Shown here one piece after another: positions 28,888 to 37,996 of a stretch of 62,576 nt of DNA. The notes beneath the pieces were generated by a model, which worked only from the letters and a program-made list of their open reading frames with translations, did not search any database and was not told the DNA's origin. Every line of letters begins with the position of its first letter. The first letter of the stretch is position 1. The stretch is from Gammaproteobacteria bacterium (GTDB lineage: Bacteria; Pseudomonadota; Gammaproteobacteria; SZUA-152): positions 1 to 62,576 of the forward strand of contig DRKN01000022.1 of assembly GCA_011051755.1 (NCBI GenBank), in the 5' to 3' direction. The position numbers were made by a program, and so were the translations under genes.

Positions 28888-30206
28888 CGTTTCCCTCCCC
28901 GGGTATAAGATGGAATCCAGCGCCACGACAGGTAGACCTTCTTGCCCGCCTCGACGGCCACCCCAGTGAACTGTTTCTGTGCCAGCACATGGCCGCCCTG
29001 CCCCAGCAGCTGCACCGAAATATCATGCCGGCCCGGCATCAGTGACTGACGGGTCAGATAGATGCGTTGCGGCAGGGTGGACCAGCTGCGGGTATCGGCC
29101 TGTTCGCTGAGCATACCGGCAACATTGAGCAACAGGCCCAAGCCCTGATCTTGTTCACCGGCCTCTTTGGCGGCCCGATATTTCACCACCGCCCTTGCCA
29201 GCGCGCGGGCGGTAATCGCCGGCATCTGCTCTTGCAGGGTTTTCACGGCAATGGCATCGATATCTTCCACCAGTTCGGCATCCATCGTTTCGCTGCCCAT
29301 CAACAGGCGTACCTCACTCACTGGCTGAACTTTCGTTTCATAGCGCGGCAGGGCAATGCGTACCATTACGCCTGCCTCGGGTGCAAAGATGGACATGGAC
29401 TCTTCGCGCTTGCGGGACGCCAGCCCGGTGCCGACGACCAGTACTACCTCCCCCTTCGCCTGGAATACCGGCAACGGTGTCCACTGCTCGATGGCGAAGG
29501 CCTTGCGGTACTGGCGCAGTTCTTCTTTCAGACCAAGGTGCTCGGCCATGCGCAACAACGCCAGACCCAGGGAATACGGCGGTTTCACACCCAACTGTTT
29601 ACGGTATTTCTGATAGTTCTGGTAAGACTTGCGGTAGGCGATCATGGCGTCGCTCCACTCACCCAGCTGCTCGAAGACGAGACCACTCAGATAGCGGGCG
29701 AAGGCATCTTCCGTATACGCGTTACCCTGTCCATCGGCTTGCAGGTTCAGCAGTACGTCCAGTTGCAGAACCTCGACCCGCGCCTCATCGGGCATTCCCA
29801 ACTGGAGATAATTCAGCGCTGCATAAATATGCAGCAGCGTGCGCTCGACATCGCTGCCGATGTAGCTCTTCAGGGTATCGTTGACCGTCAGCGAAGCGGC
29901 CTGCTCGCGGAGACTGACGGCATCCAGCTCGTCGATCAGGTGTTTGGCCTGTTCCAGCGCCTGGTTGCTTTGCCGGTAATCGCCCTGCATGCGCAGTAGC
30001 ATGGCGCGATTCAGCAGGTACAACACCTCATCACGCTGGCCATTATCCCAATCCTTTTCCAGTGCCTGCAAGGCGCCCGACAGGTTCCCCGCAGCCAGCT
30101 GTGTTTCAATAGCATCGAAACGCTGGCTGTAGCTAGCGCAGCCGGAAAGCAACAGAACCGCACCCAAGCACAGCCCACTCGCCAACCATCCCCTGGCCCG
30201 ATACAT
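28884..30206 (-). CDS. TPR-like lipoprotein (COG3014-like by recollection)
   Basis: Lipobox LLLSGCAS, then helical-repeat text (LYLLNRAMLLRMQGDYRQSNQALEQA..., LLHIYAALNYLQLGMPDEA). About 440 aa from the ATG at 30206. Confidence 0.6.
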   Translation of the reverse strand: MYRARGWLASGLCLGAVLLLSGCASYSQRFDAIETQLAAGNLSGALQALEKDWDNGQRDEVLYLLNRAMLLRMQGDYRQSNQALEQAKHLIDELDAVSLREQAASLTVNDTLKSYIGSDVERTLLHIYAALNYLQLGMPDEARVEVLQLDVLLNLQADGQGNAYTEDAFARYLSGLVFEQLGEWSDAMIAYRKSYQNYQKYRKQLGVKPPYSLGLALLRMAEHLGLKEELRQYRKAFAIEQWTPLPVFQAKGEVVLVVGTGLASRKREESMSIFAPEAGVMVRIALPRYETKVQPVSEVRLLMGSETMDAELVEDIDAIAVKTLQEQMPAITARALARAVVKYRAAKEAGEQDQGLGLLLNVAGMLSEQADTRSWSTLPQRIYLTRQSLMPGRHDISVQLLGQGGHVLAQKQFTGVAVEAGKKVYLSWRWIPSYTRGGKR

Positions 30207-30234
30207 GCCTCGGCCCCGGTTCAAAAACAAACCG

Positions 30235-30840
30235 TCAGAAACGGAGGGAACGCTTGTCGACGAATTTCTTGATCTTCTTCTGTCCCACCCAGACCTTGCG
30301 ATTATCCGCCATGCTGATCAGAGTGAGATCGACCTGGTAGAACTTCACCTGTTTCTTACCCTCGGCATCGATGATGGTATTGATGGTGCCCTTGAGCATG
30401 AAGTCGGCGCCGACTTCCTCCCCCATGACGTTGCGGCTACCCTCACTGGCGTGCAGATCCTGATCCTTGCGCTCGCCACGCACTTCACCGCGTTCAGTGC
30501 TCGATGCCACCACTTCGACATTGCCGGAATTGATCAGTGCACGCTCCATGTCGGCGACGAAGGTATTGACGTTGATGTGCTCATGGCTGAGATTGCGCAC
30601 CTCGCCGACGATCACCACCGGCGGCGCACCACCGTGACTGCGGGTGTAGCGGTTGATCCAGGGACGCGATAATACGTCACGGATCATCTCTTCCGAGACC
30701 AGCCGTGAATCGGTGTCGTTCCAGCTGCCACTCAGGTCGCGAACCTCTTCGCTATCGATACGCTCCACCTTGGTCGCACAGGCGGCCAAGGCCACGGCCA
30801 GCAACAGTACCCACAGGGTTTTCACATTCTTCGACACCAT
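30235..30840 (-). CDS. LpoB-like penicillin-binding-protein activator family lipoprotein
   Basis: Lipobox LAACATK, then SGSWNDTDSRLVSEEMI, VIVGEVRNLS, GADFMLKGTI and YQVDLTLISMADNRKVW. These match the non-enteric LpoB (COG3417) pattern as I recall it. 201 aa from the ATG at 30840. Confidence 0.65.
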   Translation of the reverse strand: MVSKNVKTLWVLLLAVALAACATKVERIDSEEVRDLSGSWNDTDSRLVSEEMIRDVLSRPWINRYTRSHGGAPPVVIVGEVRNLSHEHINVNTFVADMERALINSGNVEVVASSTERGEVRGERKDQDLHASEGSRNVMGEEVGADFMLKGTINTIIDAEGKKQVKFYQVDLTLISMADNRKVWVGQKKIKKFVDKRSLRF

Positions 30841-30844
30841 TCCC

Positions 30845-31417
30845 TTACTCCTCCTGCTTGGTGGCAATGCGGTCAAAAATCTTGCTGCCACGGGTATCGA
30901 GATAATCTTTCAGACCCGAATTCATGGCCTCAACACCTTCCAGGGTCTTCTTCACCTGCTCCATGTCCAGTTCGGCAATGGCATAGACCGTGTCCATTTT
31001 CTTGTCACGCCAGTGGCCGATGATACGCACACCGGTGAGGTTGATTTTGGTGATATTGTCAATCTGGCGTGACACGCTCTGCTCGGTAAAACCCGCCTCA
31101 TTGGCCTTGCCACTAGCGATATAGTCCCGCGAGACGATCTCCATGTAGGACGACAGAATACGCGCCACCTCGGCACGGGCACGATTATCGGCCGTGGAAG
31201 TCTGTAACGAAAAGTCACCCAGTGGCGGTGCCGAACCCACGCCGTGGAACAGACGGCCATTTTTGGTCTTGAGGATATTCGTGCCCTCATTGACCCAGTC
31301 CGGCGCCCCCTTGATACCGAGATCACTCTCGACCGTGGTCTTGCTGGAACAGGCCGCCAGCAGGATCAGTAAAATCAACAGGAAAAACCCCCGCAGCCAT
31401 TGAAAACGTGTCTCCAT
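30845..31417 (-). CDS. LPP20-family lipoprotein
   Basis: Lipobox LLAACSS, then APDWVNEGT...FHGVGSA...DNRARAEVARILSSYMEIV. 190 aa from the ATG at 31417. Confidence 0.7.
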   Translation of the reverse strand: METRFQWLRGFFLLILLILLAACSSKTTVESDLGIKGAPDWVNEGTNILKTKNGRLFHGVGSAPPLGDFSLQTSTADNRARAEVARILSSYMEIVSRDYIASGKANEAGFTEQSVSRQIDNITKINLTGVRIIGHWRDKKMDTVYAIAELDMEQVKKTLEGVEAMNSGLKDYLDTRGSKIFDRIATKQEE

Positions 31418-31637
31418 ACCAACCTCCACACTTAAAGAAACGGTGAGCAACAACCCGCCGCGACAGTCAATGATAAATGATTGACAAGATTACGCTGGCA
31501 ACCCGTCCGCTGCAACGAAAAAGGGGACATTTCAGAGTTGCGTTGACAGGGGGGGCAGCCAACTACTTTCTGCGATATGGCCGAACAGAGAAAATTTGTT
31601 CAGTCCGTGTTATTGGCATAATCAGAGAGAGAGCATC

Positions 31638-32318
31638 ATGGAACGTTTTCGGAGACTGTTTGGCGCATTATCTTGTTGTATCGCAATTTTGCTCTTATCA
31701 ACAAGCATCTCGCAAGCTGGAATCATTGATATTTTTGTGGACACAGCGCCCATTCAAGGCTCAACGGGTGCATTGGTGTTTGATTTTATCGATGGTGACG
31801 GCCTGGTAAATAACACGATGACTGTCAGTGGTTTTATTTCTGATGCTGTCCTGTCAACGGGTGCAGCATCCGGTGATGTGACAGGCGGGTTGTCACCCGG
31901 CCCGCTTGTCCTGGGCGACATGGACTTTTTTAATGGCTGGCTGCAGGATCTGACATTCGGCGCCTTCATCAGCTTCCAATTGGAAAGCACGGATAACGGC
32001 TCCTCTTCGTCACCGGATTCGTTCTCTTTTTCCCTTCTTGACAGCAATTTGCTTCCCTATGCAACCGACGATCCCTTGGGGACAGACGCGTTATTGGTTC
32101 TGGATATCAGCAATGCAAACCCCGTGGCGCAATCGTTTGCATCGGCAAGCGCCACGCTCACCGTATCCGAGGTTTTCATACCCGTCCTGGCCCCGGGTAC
32201 CTTGTTGTTATTCATGATCGGCGGAGCCGGCATGCTGGGTATGGGCCTGCGGAAGCGGGGCGCATATCGCCTGAAAGACGGCAATACAGCTGAAGCTATG
32301 GATTCAGATCAGGTATAA
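31638..32318 (+). CDS. PEP-CTERM-type sorting-signal protein
   Basis: N-terminal signal peptide. The C-terminus is VLAPGTLLLFMIGGAGMLGMGLRKRG: a PEP-like motif, a TM helix and a basic cluster, followed by 16 extra residues. The body is Asp/Gly/Ser-rich. Confidence 0.6.
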   Translation: MERFRRLFGALSCCIAILLLSTSISQAGIIDIFVDTAPIQGSTGALVFDFIDGDGLVNNTMTVSGFISDAVLSTGAASGDVTGGLSPGPLVLGDMDFFNGWLQDLTFGAFISFQLESTDNGSSSSPDSFSFSLLDSNLLPYATDDPLGTDALLVLDISNANPVAQSFASASATLTVSEVFIPVLAPGTLLLFMIGGAGMLGMGLRKRGAYRLKDGNTAEAMDSDQV

Positions 32319-32350
32319 ATTTGCAGGAAACACAGGGCGGAAAGAAAAAA

Positions 32351-33499
32351 ATGGATACAACTGACAAAACACCGCGGTATATCACCAGATGGACAGCGTT
32401 CACGGCGCTATGGATCTTTGCTATCGCAGGGGTGTCTGCCCAGACCGGGCCGTATGGCCTGTACAAGCCTCCACAATTGTTTGCAGCAAGCAATATCTCT
32501 CCATTGGCAGCAGACTGCCTGAATGAAACAGGCGGAACCTTCCAGGTCGGCGCCGTGAATGTCGGTGGCCAGGAGGATTTCAGCATCGTGATTTCCGTGC
32601 CGGCGCCAGAGGGTGGTGTCACCATCACCATCACCTCCGCCGACCCGAGTATCGTCGCCGCTGTTGATCTCTCATCGGGAGGCATCCCGACGCTCTTCGT
32701 CCCGGAAGGACAGCGGGTAACGACCTCGCAATTCCGGCAGGTGGGCAACGCCGTCGGCAGGACGCAACTGAACATCATTGCCAACCCGAGCGTTCACCCC
32801 GACACCGGCACCCCACTCGGATTCACGGTACCGGTCACCGGCTGGGACGTCGGCGATGCCCGAAAACGCTTTATCGATGCCAACGCCCCCGGCAACCACT
32901 GCCGGGTGAGCGATAACGACCCGGCCCTGAGCAGCGATGAAAACAAACTGGCCAGCTGTGGCAACCGCGATATCACCGGGATCGCCACGGATGGTGTAAC
33001 GCCTGTCCTGATGCGGCTCAAGACCGGCCTGGCGGGCGAAGGCTGTTTCGAAATCATGTCGAATGCCCCGCCGGGGCGAGGGGCAGTAACCGATGCGGCT
33101 GCTTTTTCTTCGGAATATGCACCGGGAGGTTCAATGAATCCATTAATGAGTTCCATTTTTGTGGCGGCCACCGCGGCAGCGCAGGCGTTTGATCCGGGCA
33201 TCCGTATCGTATCGCCGACAGAGGGCAGGCATTCGAGCCACGAAAAAGGCCGCCGTATCGAAACACAGCGGCCGGAAAATATTACACTGACGCAGGTTAT
33301 TACTGATTCAGGCGGGCTTCCCAGTACTGCGCCAGCCGACTATTCTGCGGCAGACCGAACCAACCCTGGTCATAGGCCGCAGAGAGAAACTCCTGCGCAT
33401 ACTGACTGCCGTTATCGGCCGCCCGGTGATACCAACCCACCGCACGCGCCTCATCGGCCGCCACGCCCAGTCCCTTGTGATAGATCAGCGCCATGTTGA
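32351..33499 (+). CDS. Secreted protein of unknown function; the 3' part is probably non-functional
   Basis: Signal peptide (TALWIFAIAGVSAQT) and an Ig-like-looking segment (FSIVISVPAPEGGVTITITSADPSIVAAV). The last roughly 200 nt of the ORF are antisense to the Sel1 gene and cross its terminator, and the tail translation is Pro/Arg-rich low complexity. Confidence 0.4.
   Translation: MDTTDKTPRYITRWTAFTALWIFAIAGVSAQTGPYGLYKPPQLFAASNISPLAADCLNETGGTFQVGAVNVGGQEDFSIVISVPAPEGGVTITITSADPSIVAAVDLSSGGIPTLFVPEGQRVTTSQFRQVGNAVGRTQLNIIANPSVHPDTGTPLGFTVPVTGWDVGDARKRFIDANAPGNHCRVSDNDPALSSDENKLASCGNRDITGIATDGVTPVLMRLKTGLAGEGCFEIMSNAPPGRGAVTDAAAFSSEYAPGGSMNPLMSSIFVAATAAAQAFDPGIRIVSPTEGRHSSHEKGRRIETQRPENITLTQVITDSGGLPSTAPADYSAADRTNPGHRPQRETPAHTDCRYRPPGDTNPPHAPHRPPRPVPCDRSAPC
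33243..33273 (-). terminator. Putative terminator of the Sel1 gene
   Basis: On the minus strand, GGCCGC-14 nt-GCGGCC is followed by TTTTT, 27 nt after the stop at 33300. Confidence 0.5.
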
Positions 33500-33668
33500 A
33501 CTGCGCATTGGCGTCACCGCTCTCCGCCAGCGGCTGCCATTTGGCCACGGCTGTCACATAATCACCGGCCTCTGCCGCCAGGAAACCCTCATTGTAATCC
33601 TCTGCCTGCAGCGATCCACCAAAAATGGCCAGAGCCATCGATGCGGCCAGTAAAATACCCTTTTTCAT
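33300..33668 (-). CDS. Sel1-repeat (TPR-like) secreted protein
   Basis: Signal peptide MKKGILLAASMALAIFGGSLQA. The Sel1 motif GDANAQFNMALIYHKGLGVAADEARAVGWYHRAADNG is present. Confidence 0.8.
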   Translation of the reverse strand: MKKGILLAASMALAIFGGSLQAEDYNEGFLAAEAGDYVTAVAKWQPLAESGDANAQFNMALIYHKGLGVAADEARAVGWYHRAADNGSQYAQEFLSAAYDQGWFGLPQNSRLAQYWEARLNQ

Positions 33669-33743
33669 GCGTCGGTTTCCCCGTGAGTGGTTGCAATTAC
33701 CCACGGCTATCGGCGCAAAAGACGGACTATTTCGTGATGCCGT

Positions 33744-34319
33744 TCACGTTTTTTTACCACCCCATATCCAGCGTCGCAGCACCGGCGCCACCCGCACCGC
33801 CCCTGCCGCCAACGTACCCAGCAGCAGACCGAAACCAGCCCCCACCAATACCTGACTGGGATAATGCACACCGAGATAGACCCGTGACAGGGCCACCAGT
33901 ATGGCGACCACACCCAATATCAGACCCCAATGCCAGGCGCGCAGAACAACACCGAGAAAGGCCGCAGTGAGAAAAAAGTTGAGGGCATGATTGGACGGCA
34001 TGCCGGTGGGTTTGAAGGCACAGCCGACACGGAAGGGCTCCATCACCAGACGCACCAGTTCCGGCAGTTCGGCACAGGGTCGCAGTTGGCCGAACAGGTG
34101 TTTGAGGCCGTTGCCGATGGCGTCACCCAGCAACACACAGACGACCAGCAACAGCCACAGGCGCAGCCCGGCACGCCCCTCACGGCGCCACAGGAGCCAC
34201 AGGATCAGCACCAGCAGCGGCAGGGAAAAGGTCTTTTTTTGAGATATCCAGCCAAAAAAGGTGTCCAGGGCCGGGCTGGCCCAGCCCTGGTTGATGGCTA
34301 ACAGCAGGTCGAGATCCAT
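33744..34319 (-). CDS. PAP2-family membrane phosphatase
   Basis: KHLFGQLRP (KX6RP), PSNH (the PSGH position) and SRVYLGVHYPSQ (SRX5HX3-, with Gln in place of the usual Asp). 191 aa with about 5 TM segments. Confidence 0.8.
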   Translation of the reverse strand: MDLDLLLAINQGWASPALDTFFGWISQKKTFSLPLLVLILWLLWRREGRAGLRLWLLLVVCVLLGDAIGNGLKHLFGQLRPCAELPELVRLVMEPFRVGCAFKPTGMPSNHALNFFLTAAFLGVVLRAWHWGLILGVVAILVALSRVYLGVHYPSQVLVGAGFGLLLGTLAAGAVRVAPVLRRWIWGGKKT

Positions 34320-34325
34320 CCCCGT

Positions 34326-35738
34326 TCAGCCGTCGCCGCGAATGGTGTCGACGATGCGCGAGGTGGAATGGCCGTCGAGGAAGGGCAGGATACGCACCTC
34401 GCCGGCACAATGACCACCGGCCACCTGCCCGGGCCGGTAGTCGCCGCCCTTCACCAAAATGTCCGGACGCACGGCGCAGATGAACCGCTCGGGGGTATCC
34501 TCGCCGAACGGCACCACCCAATCCACTACCGACAGTCCGGCGAGTACCGCCATGCGCTGCGCCAGCGGCACCACCGGTCGCCCGGGCCCCTTGAGGCGCG
34601 CGACCGAGGCATCGTCGTTGACCGCCACGATGAGCCGGTCACCGAGACGCGCGGCCTGTTCCAGGTAGGCCACATGACCGGCGTGCAAGATGTCGAAGCA
34701 GCCGTTGGTCATGACGATGCTCTCGCCGTGGGCGCGTGCCTCGGCGACCCTGGCCAGCAGGGCCGACTCGTCCAGTACCCCGCGATGCGAGGTATCGAAG
34801 CCGGCCAGGGCACGGCGCAGCTCGTCCACCGACACGGTGGCGGTGCCCAGCTTGCCCACCACGATGCCGGCGGCCAGGTTGGCCAGGCGCACCGCGTTGG
34901 GCAGGACAAGCCCGGCGGCGATACCGGCGGCCACGGTGGCGATCACCGTGTCACCGGCGCCGGTGACGTCGTACACCTCGCGCGCCTGTGCCGGAATCAG
35001 CAGTGGTGCCTCGCCACGTTGCAACAGGATCATGCCCTGCTCGCTGCGGGTGACCAGCAGGGCCGCGATATCATGGGCCCGCATCAAGGCCTCGCCACGC
35101 GCCACCAGGGTGGCCTCGTCAGCGCAGTACCCCACCGCGGCCTCGAACTCATCCAGGTTGGGCGTCACCAGACTAGCGCCGCGATAGGCGCTGAAGTCGG
35201 TCTGCTTGGGATCCACCAATACCGGCCTGCCCGCCGCGCGGGCCTGTTCGATCAGGTGGGTGCAGGGCAGCAGGGCGCCCTTGCCGTAATCGGAGAGCAC
35301 CACCACGTCCACTGCCGCCAGGGCCTCGGCAAAGCCCTCACCCAGCCGCTCACCGCCGGGCAGCGGTCGGGCAGCCTCGAAGTCGAGACGGATCAGCTGT
35401 TGATGGCGGCTGAGCACGCGCAGCTTGGTGATGGTGGCCATGTCGGTACGACGCAGCACGGAGGTGACACCGTCGACACCCGTCAGCAAAGCTTCCAGGG
35501 CCTCCCCCGCTTCGTCCTCACCCACCAGCCCCAGCACCGAGGCCCGGCCACCCAGGGCGGCGATGCCCAGGGCCACGTTGCCGGCGCCGCCGGGGCGTTC
35601 CTCGACCTCCACCACCCGCACTACCGGCACCGGGGCCTCGGGTGAGATGCGTGAGGTGTCGCCGGACCAGTAACGATCAAGAAGGACGTCGCCCGCCACC
35701 AGGACGCGGGCCGAAGAAAAATCAGGCAGTTGAAACAT
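34326..35738 (-). CDS. hldE: Bifunctional D-beta-D-heptose 7-phosphate kinase / heptose 1-phosphate adenylyltransferase
   Basis: 470 aa. The N-terminal ribokinase-like domain has VYDVTGAGDTV, and the C-terminal cytidylyltransferase domain has TNGCFDILHAGH. Confidence 0.93.
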   Translation of the reverse strand: MFQLPDFSSARVLVAGDVLLDRYWSGDTSRISPEAPVPVVRVVEVEERPGGAGNVALGIAALGGRASVLGLVGEDEAGEALEALLTGVDGVTSVLRRTDMATITKLRVLSRHQQLIRLDFEAARPLPGGERLGEGFAEALAAVDVVVLSDYGKGALLPCTHLIEQARAAGRPVLVDPKQTDFSAYRGASLVTPNLDEFEAAVGYCADEATLVARGEALMRAHDIAALLVTRSEQGMILLQRGEAPLLIPAQAREVYDVTGAGDTVIATVAAGIAAGLVLPNAVRLANLAAGIVVGKLGTATVSVDELRRALAGFDTSHRGVLDESALLARVAEARAHGESIVMTNGCFDILHAGHVAYLEQAARLGDRLIVAVNDDASVARLKGPGRPVVPLAQRMAVLAGLSVVDWVVPFGEDTPERFICAVRPDILVKGGDYRPGQVAGGHCAGEVRILPFLDGHSTSRIVDTIRGDG

Positions 35739-35801
35739 GGTTTCCCAAAGCTCGGAGAAAAAAGGGCCGGCAAGAAAATCCGGATGCTATCACAGAGCGA
35801 C

Positions 35802-36884
35802 TCAGCGCAGGCGACGCAACAGCTCGTCATACAGAGAAAGATAGCTCTCCAGCACCGCGGCGCGACCATATTGGCCGCCAGCCACCGCGCGGCCGGCAGC
35901 AGCGAGTTGCCGCCGCGCCGACGCGTCCAACAGCAGGGTTCGCAGGGCCTCGGCCATGCATGGCGGCTCTTTGCAAGGCACCAACACACCGCTCTCGTCC
36001 GGGGTGATCAGCTCCAGGGCGCCGTGACTGGCGGTAGAGAGCACCGGCCGACCATGACTCCAGGCCTCAAGAATAACGTTACCCAGGGGCTCGTGACGCG
36101 AGGGGCAGACAAAGACCTCAGCCAGCTGGTAGACCGGCGCCGGATCGCGCTGCCAACCGGCCCAGTGCACGCGGGATTCCAGGCCAAGAGCGCGGGTCTG
36201 CTCACGCAGGGCCTCGGCCAGGGGGCCGTCGCCGGCGATGAGCAGGTGCAGGGGCCGCCCTTCCTGCCCGGCGGGCAGGCGGGCGAAGGCGTCCAGCAAA
36301 TCCTGAAAGCCCTTTTTCTCCACCAACCGGCCGACGCCGGAGATCACCCGGGCGTCGGCGGGGATGCCAAAGCACGTCCGCGCCGCAGCCAGATCGGCCT
36401 CGGTTGGGGGCGGCGCAAGATCGACGAAGTTGTGGATGTGAAAGACCCGCTCGGCGGGAAAACCGCCCTCACGCAGATAATCACAGATGGCCGTGGTGTT
36501 ACCCACCCAGGCCTCGGCGTGACGGTAGCCGCCCAGTTTGTAGAAACCGCCCAGCCGGGCGATGTGCACCGGGCCACGCCCCTTGAGACGGGTCAGGCGC
36601 GTGGCGCGGCCCATGTAAGTCTGCACGATATCAGGCCGCAGCTCGCGCACCAGACGGCGGATGACCCAGCGTGAGGGCAGATCCAGCACGTTGCGCAAAG
36701 GCACGCCGTGGTGCTCGATCTCCGCCCCCAGTTCCGGCGCCACCATGCCGCCGGGACGGCTCACGGCGGCCACCGGCTGGCCAGCCTCGTGCAAGGCGTA
36801 TACCAGGCGCACGAAAAAACGCTCGGCGCCGCCGAAGCCGCCACTGCCGATAATGTGCATACTGGAAGTCATAGTGTCATTCAT
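35802..36884 (-). CDS. Glycosyltransferase family 4 (LPS core)
   Basis: GSGGFGGAERFF N-terminus and the C-terminal EPLGNVILEAWSHGRPVL motif of GT-B/GT4 enzymes. Confidence 0.85.
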   Translation of the reverse strand: MNDTMTSSMHIIGSGGFGGAERFFVRLVYALHEAGQPVAAVSRPGGMVAPELGAEIEHHGVPLRNVLDLPSRWVIRRLVRELRPDIVQTYMGRATRLTRLKGRGPVHIARLGGFYKLGGYRHAEAWVGNTTAICDYLREGGFPAERVFHIHNFVDLAPPPTEADLAAARTCFGIPADARVISGVGRLVEKKGFQDLLDAFARLPAGQEGRPLHLLIAGDGPLAEALREQTRALGLESRVHWAGWQRDPAPVYQLAEVFVCPSRHEPLGNVILEAWSHGRPVLSTASHGALELITPDESGVLVPCKEPPCMAEALRTLLLDASARRQLAAAGRAVAGGQYGRAAVLESYLSLYDELLRRLR

Positions 36885-37996
36885 TCGTTATCGTTCGAAA
36901 ATCTCAACAACCCGCGATAGACGGACAGATTGCCCCGCACCATGCTGTCGATGGAGAACGCGTGCTCCACCAACGCACGGCCATTCAGGCCCATCTCACG
37001 CATCCGCCCGGGCGCCTGCAACAATTCGACAATACGGTCTCGCAAACCATCCACGTCACCCACTGACCGCAGGTAGCCATTCTCACCCTCGCGCACGATC
37101 TCGGGGATACCGCCGACAGGAAAAGCAACGATGGGCACGCCGCAGGCAGCGGCCTGCAACAGGGAGACGCCGAGGCCTTCCATCTCTGCCGGGTGTACCA
37201 CCAGGTCGAGACAGGGCAGCAGGCGTTCGAGGTCATCGCGAAAACCGGCGAAGTGTACTTGTTCCGTCAGCCCGGCTCGCTCGACCTCCGTGCGCAACGC
37301 CACCTCCAGCGGCCCCCGGCCAAAAAACACCACCTGTACACCCGGCACCGCCTCGAAGATGCCGGGCAGGGCCGCGAGCAGATAGCGGTGCCCCTTGCGG
37401 GCGATGAGCTGGGCCACCACCGCCAGCACCGGCCCCTCACCGGCCAGGCCCAGTTCATGACCGAACAATGCGCGGTCGGCACAACCGGGGCGATAACGTT
37501 CGGTGTCCACGGCGCTGTGCACACAGGTCACCCGCGCCGAGGCTAGCCCCTCATTAATGAGCACCTGGCGGATGCCCTCAGAGATGCTGACCACCCGGTG
37601 ATAGAGACGGTATTTGAGGCCCACCCAGGCACGTGGCTCGGGGTTGTCGACGCGCCGGGTGAGGATCGCCGGCACCCCAGCCAAACGTGCCGCGATGCCA
37701 CCCCACAGGTCGGCGCCGCGACGGCTGTGCAGATGCACCAGGCTAGGCCGTTCACGACGGATAATGTGCCGCAGACGAAACACCAGGCCGAGGTCGGCGT
37801 CTCCCCCCATGGGGGTTTCGATCACCTCCGCGCCGGTCTCGCGCGCGGCGGCGGCCACGGCGCTACCCTCGGGGCAGACCAGGATATTGCGCACCCCCTC
37901 GGCCAGCAGACCGCGCAACAGATAGATCACTTGCAGGGCACCACCGTAGAGATGGCGGCCAGCCTCCACGTGCAGCACCGTCAGCGGGGCACTCAC
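36881..37996 (-). CDS. Glycosyltransferase family 4 (LPS core)
   Basis: GGALQVIYLLRGL N-terminus and EGLGVSLLQAAACGVPIVAF motif. It overlaps both neighbours by 4 nt. Confidence 0.85.
   Translation of the reverse strand: MSAPLTVLHVEAGRHLYGGALQVIYLLRGLLAEGVRNILVCPEGSAVAAAARETGAEVIETPMGGDADLGLVFRLRHIIRRERPSLVHLHSRRGADLWGGIAARLAGVPAILTRRVDNPEPRAWVGLKYRLYHRVVSISEGIRQVLINEGLASARVTCVHSAVDTERYRPGCADRALFGHELGLAGEGPVLAVVAQLIARKGHRYLLAALPGIFEAVPGVQVVFFGRGPLEVALRTEVERAGLTEQVHFAGFRDDLERLLPCLDLVVHPAEMEGLGVSLLQAAACGVPIVAFPVGGIPEIVREGENGYLRSVGDVDGLRDRIVELLQAPGRMREMGLNGRALVEHAFSIDSMVRGNLSVYRGLLRFSNDNE

Noticed and set aside
31466-31485. GTCAATGATAAATGATTGAC, a Fur-box-like sequence in the divergent LPP20-operon / PEP-CTERM promoter region
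   Set aside because: It only partly resembles the GATAATGATAATCATTATC consensus, with the centre out of register. None of the flanking genes is obviously iron-related. The evidence is too weak to call.
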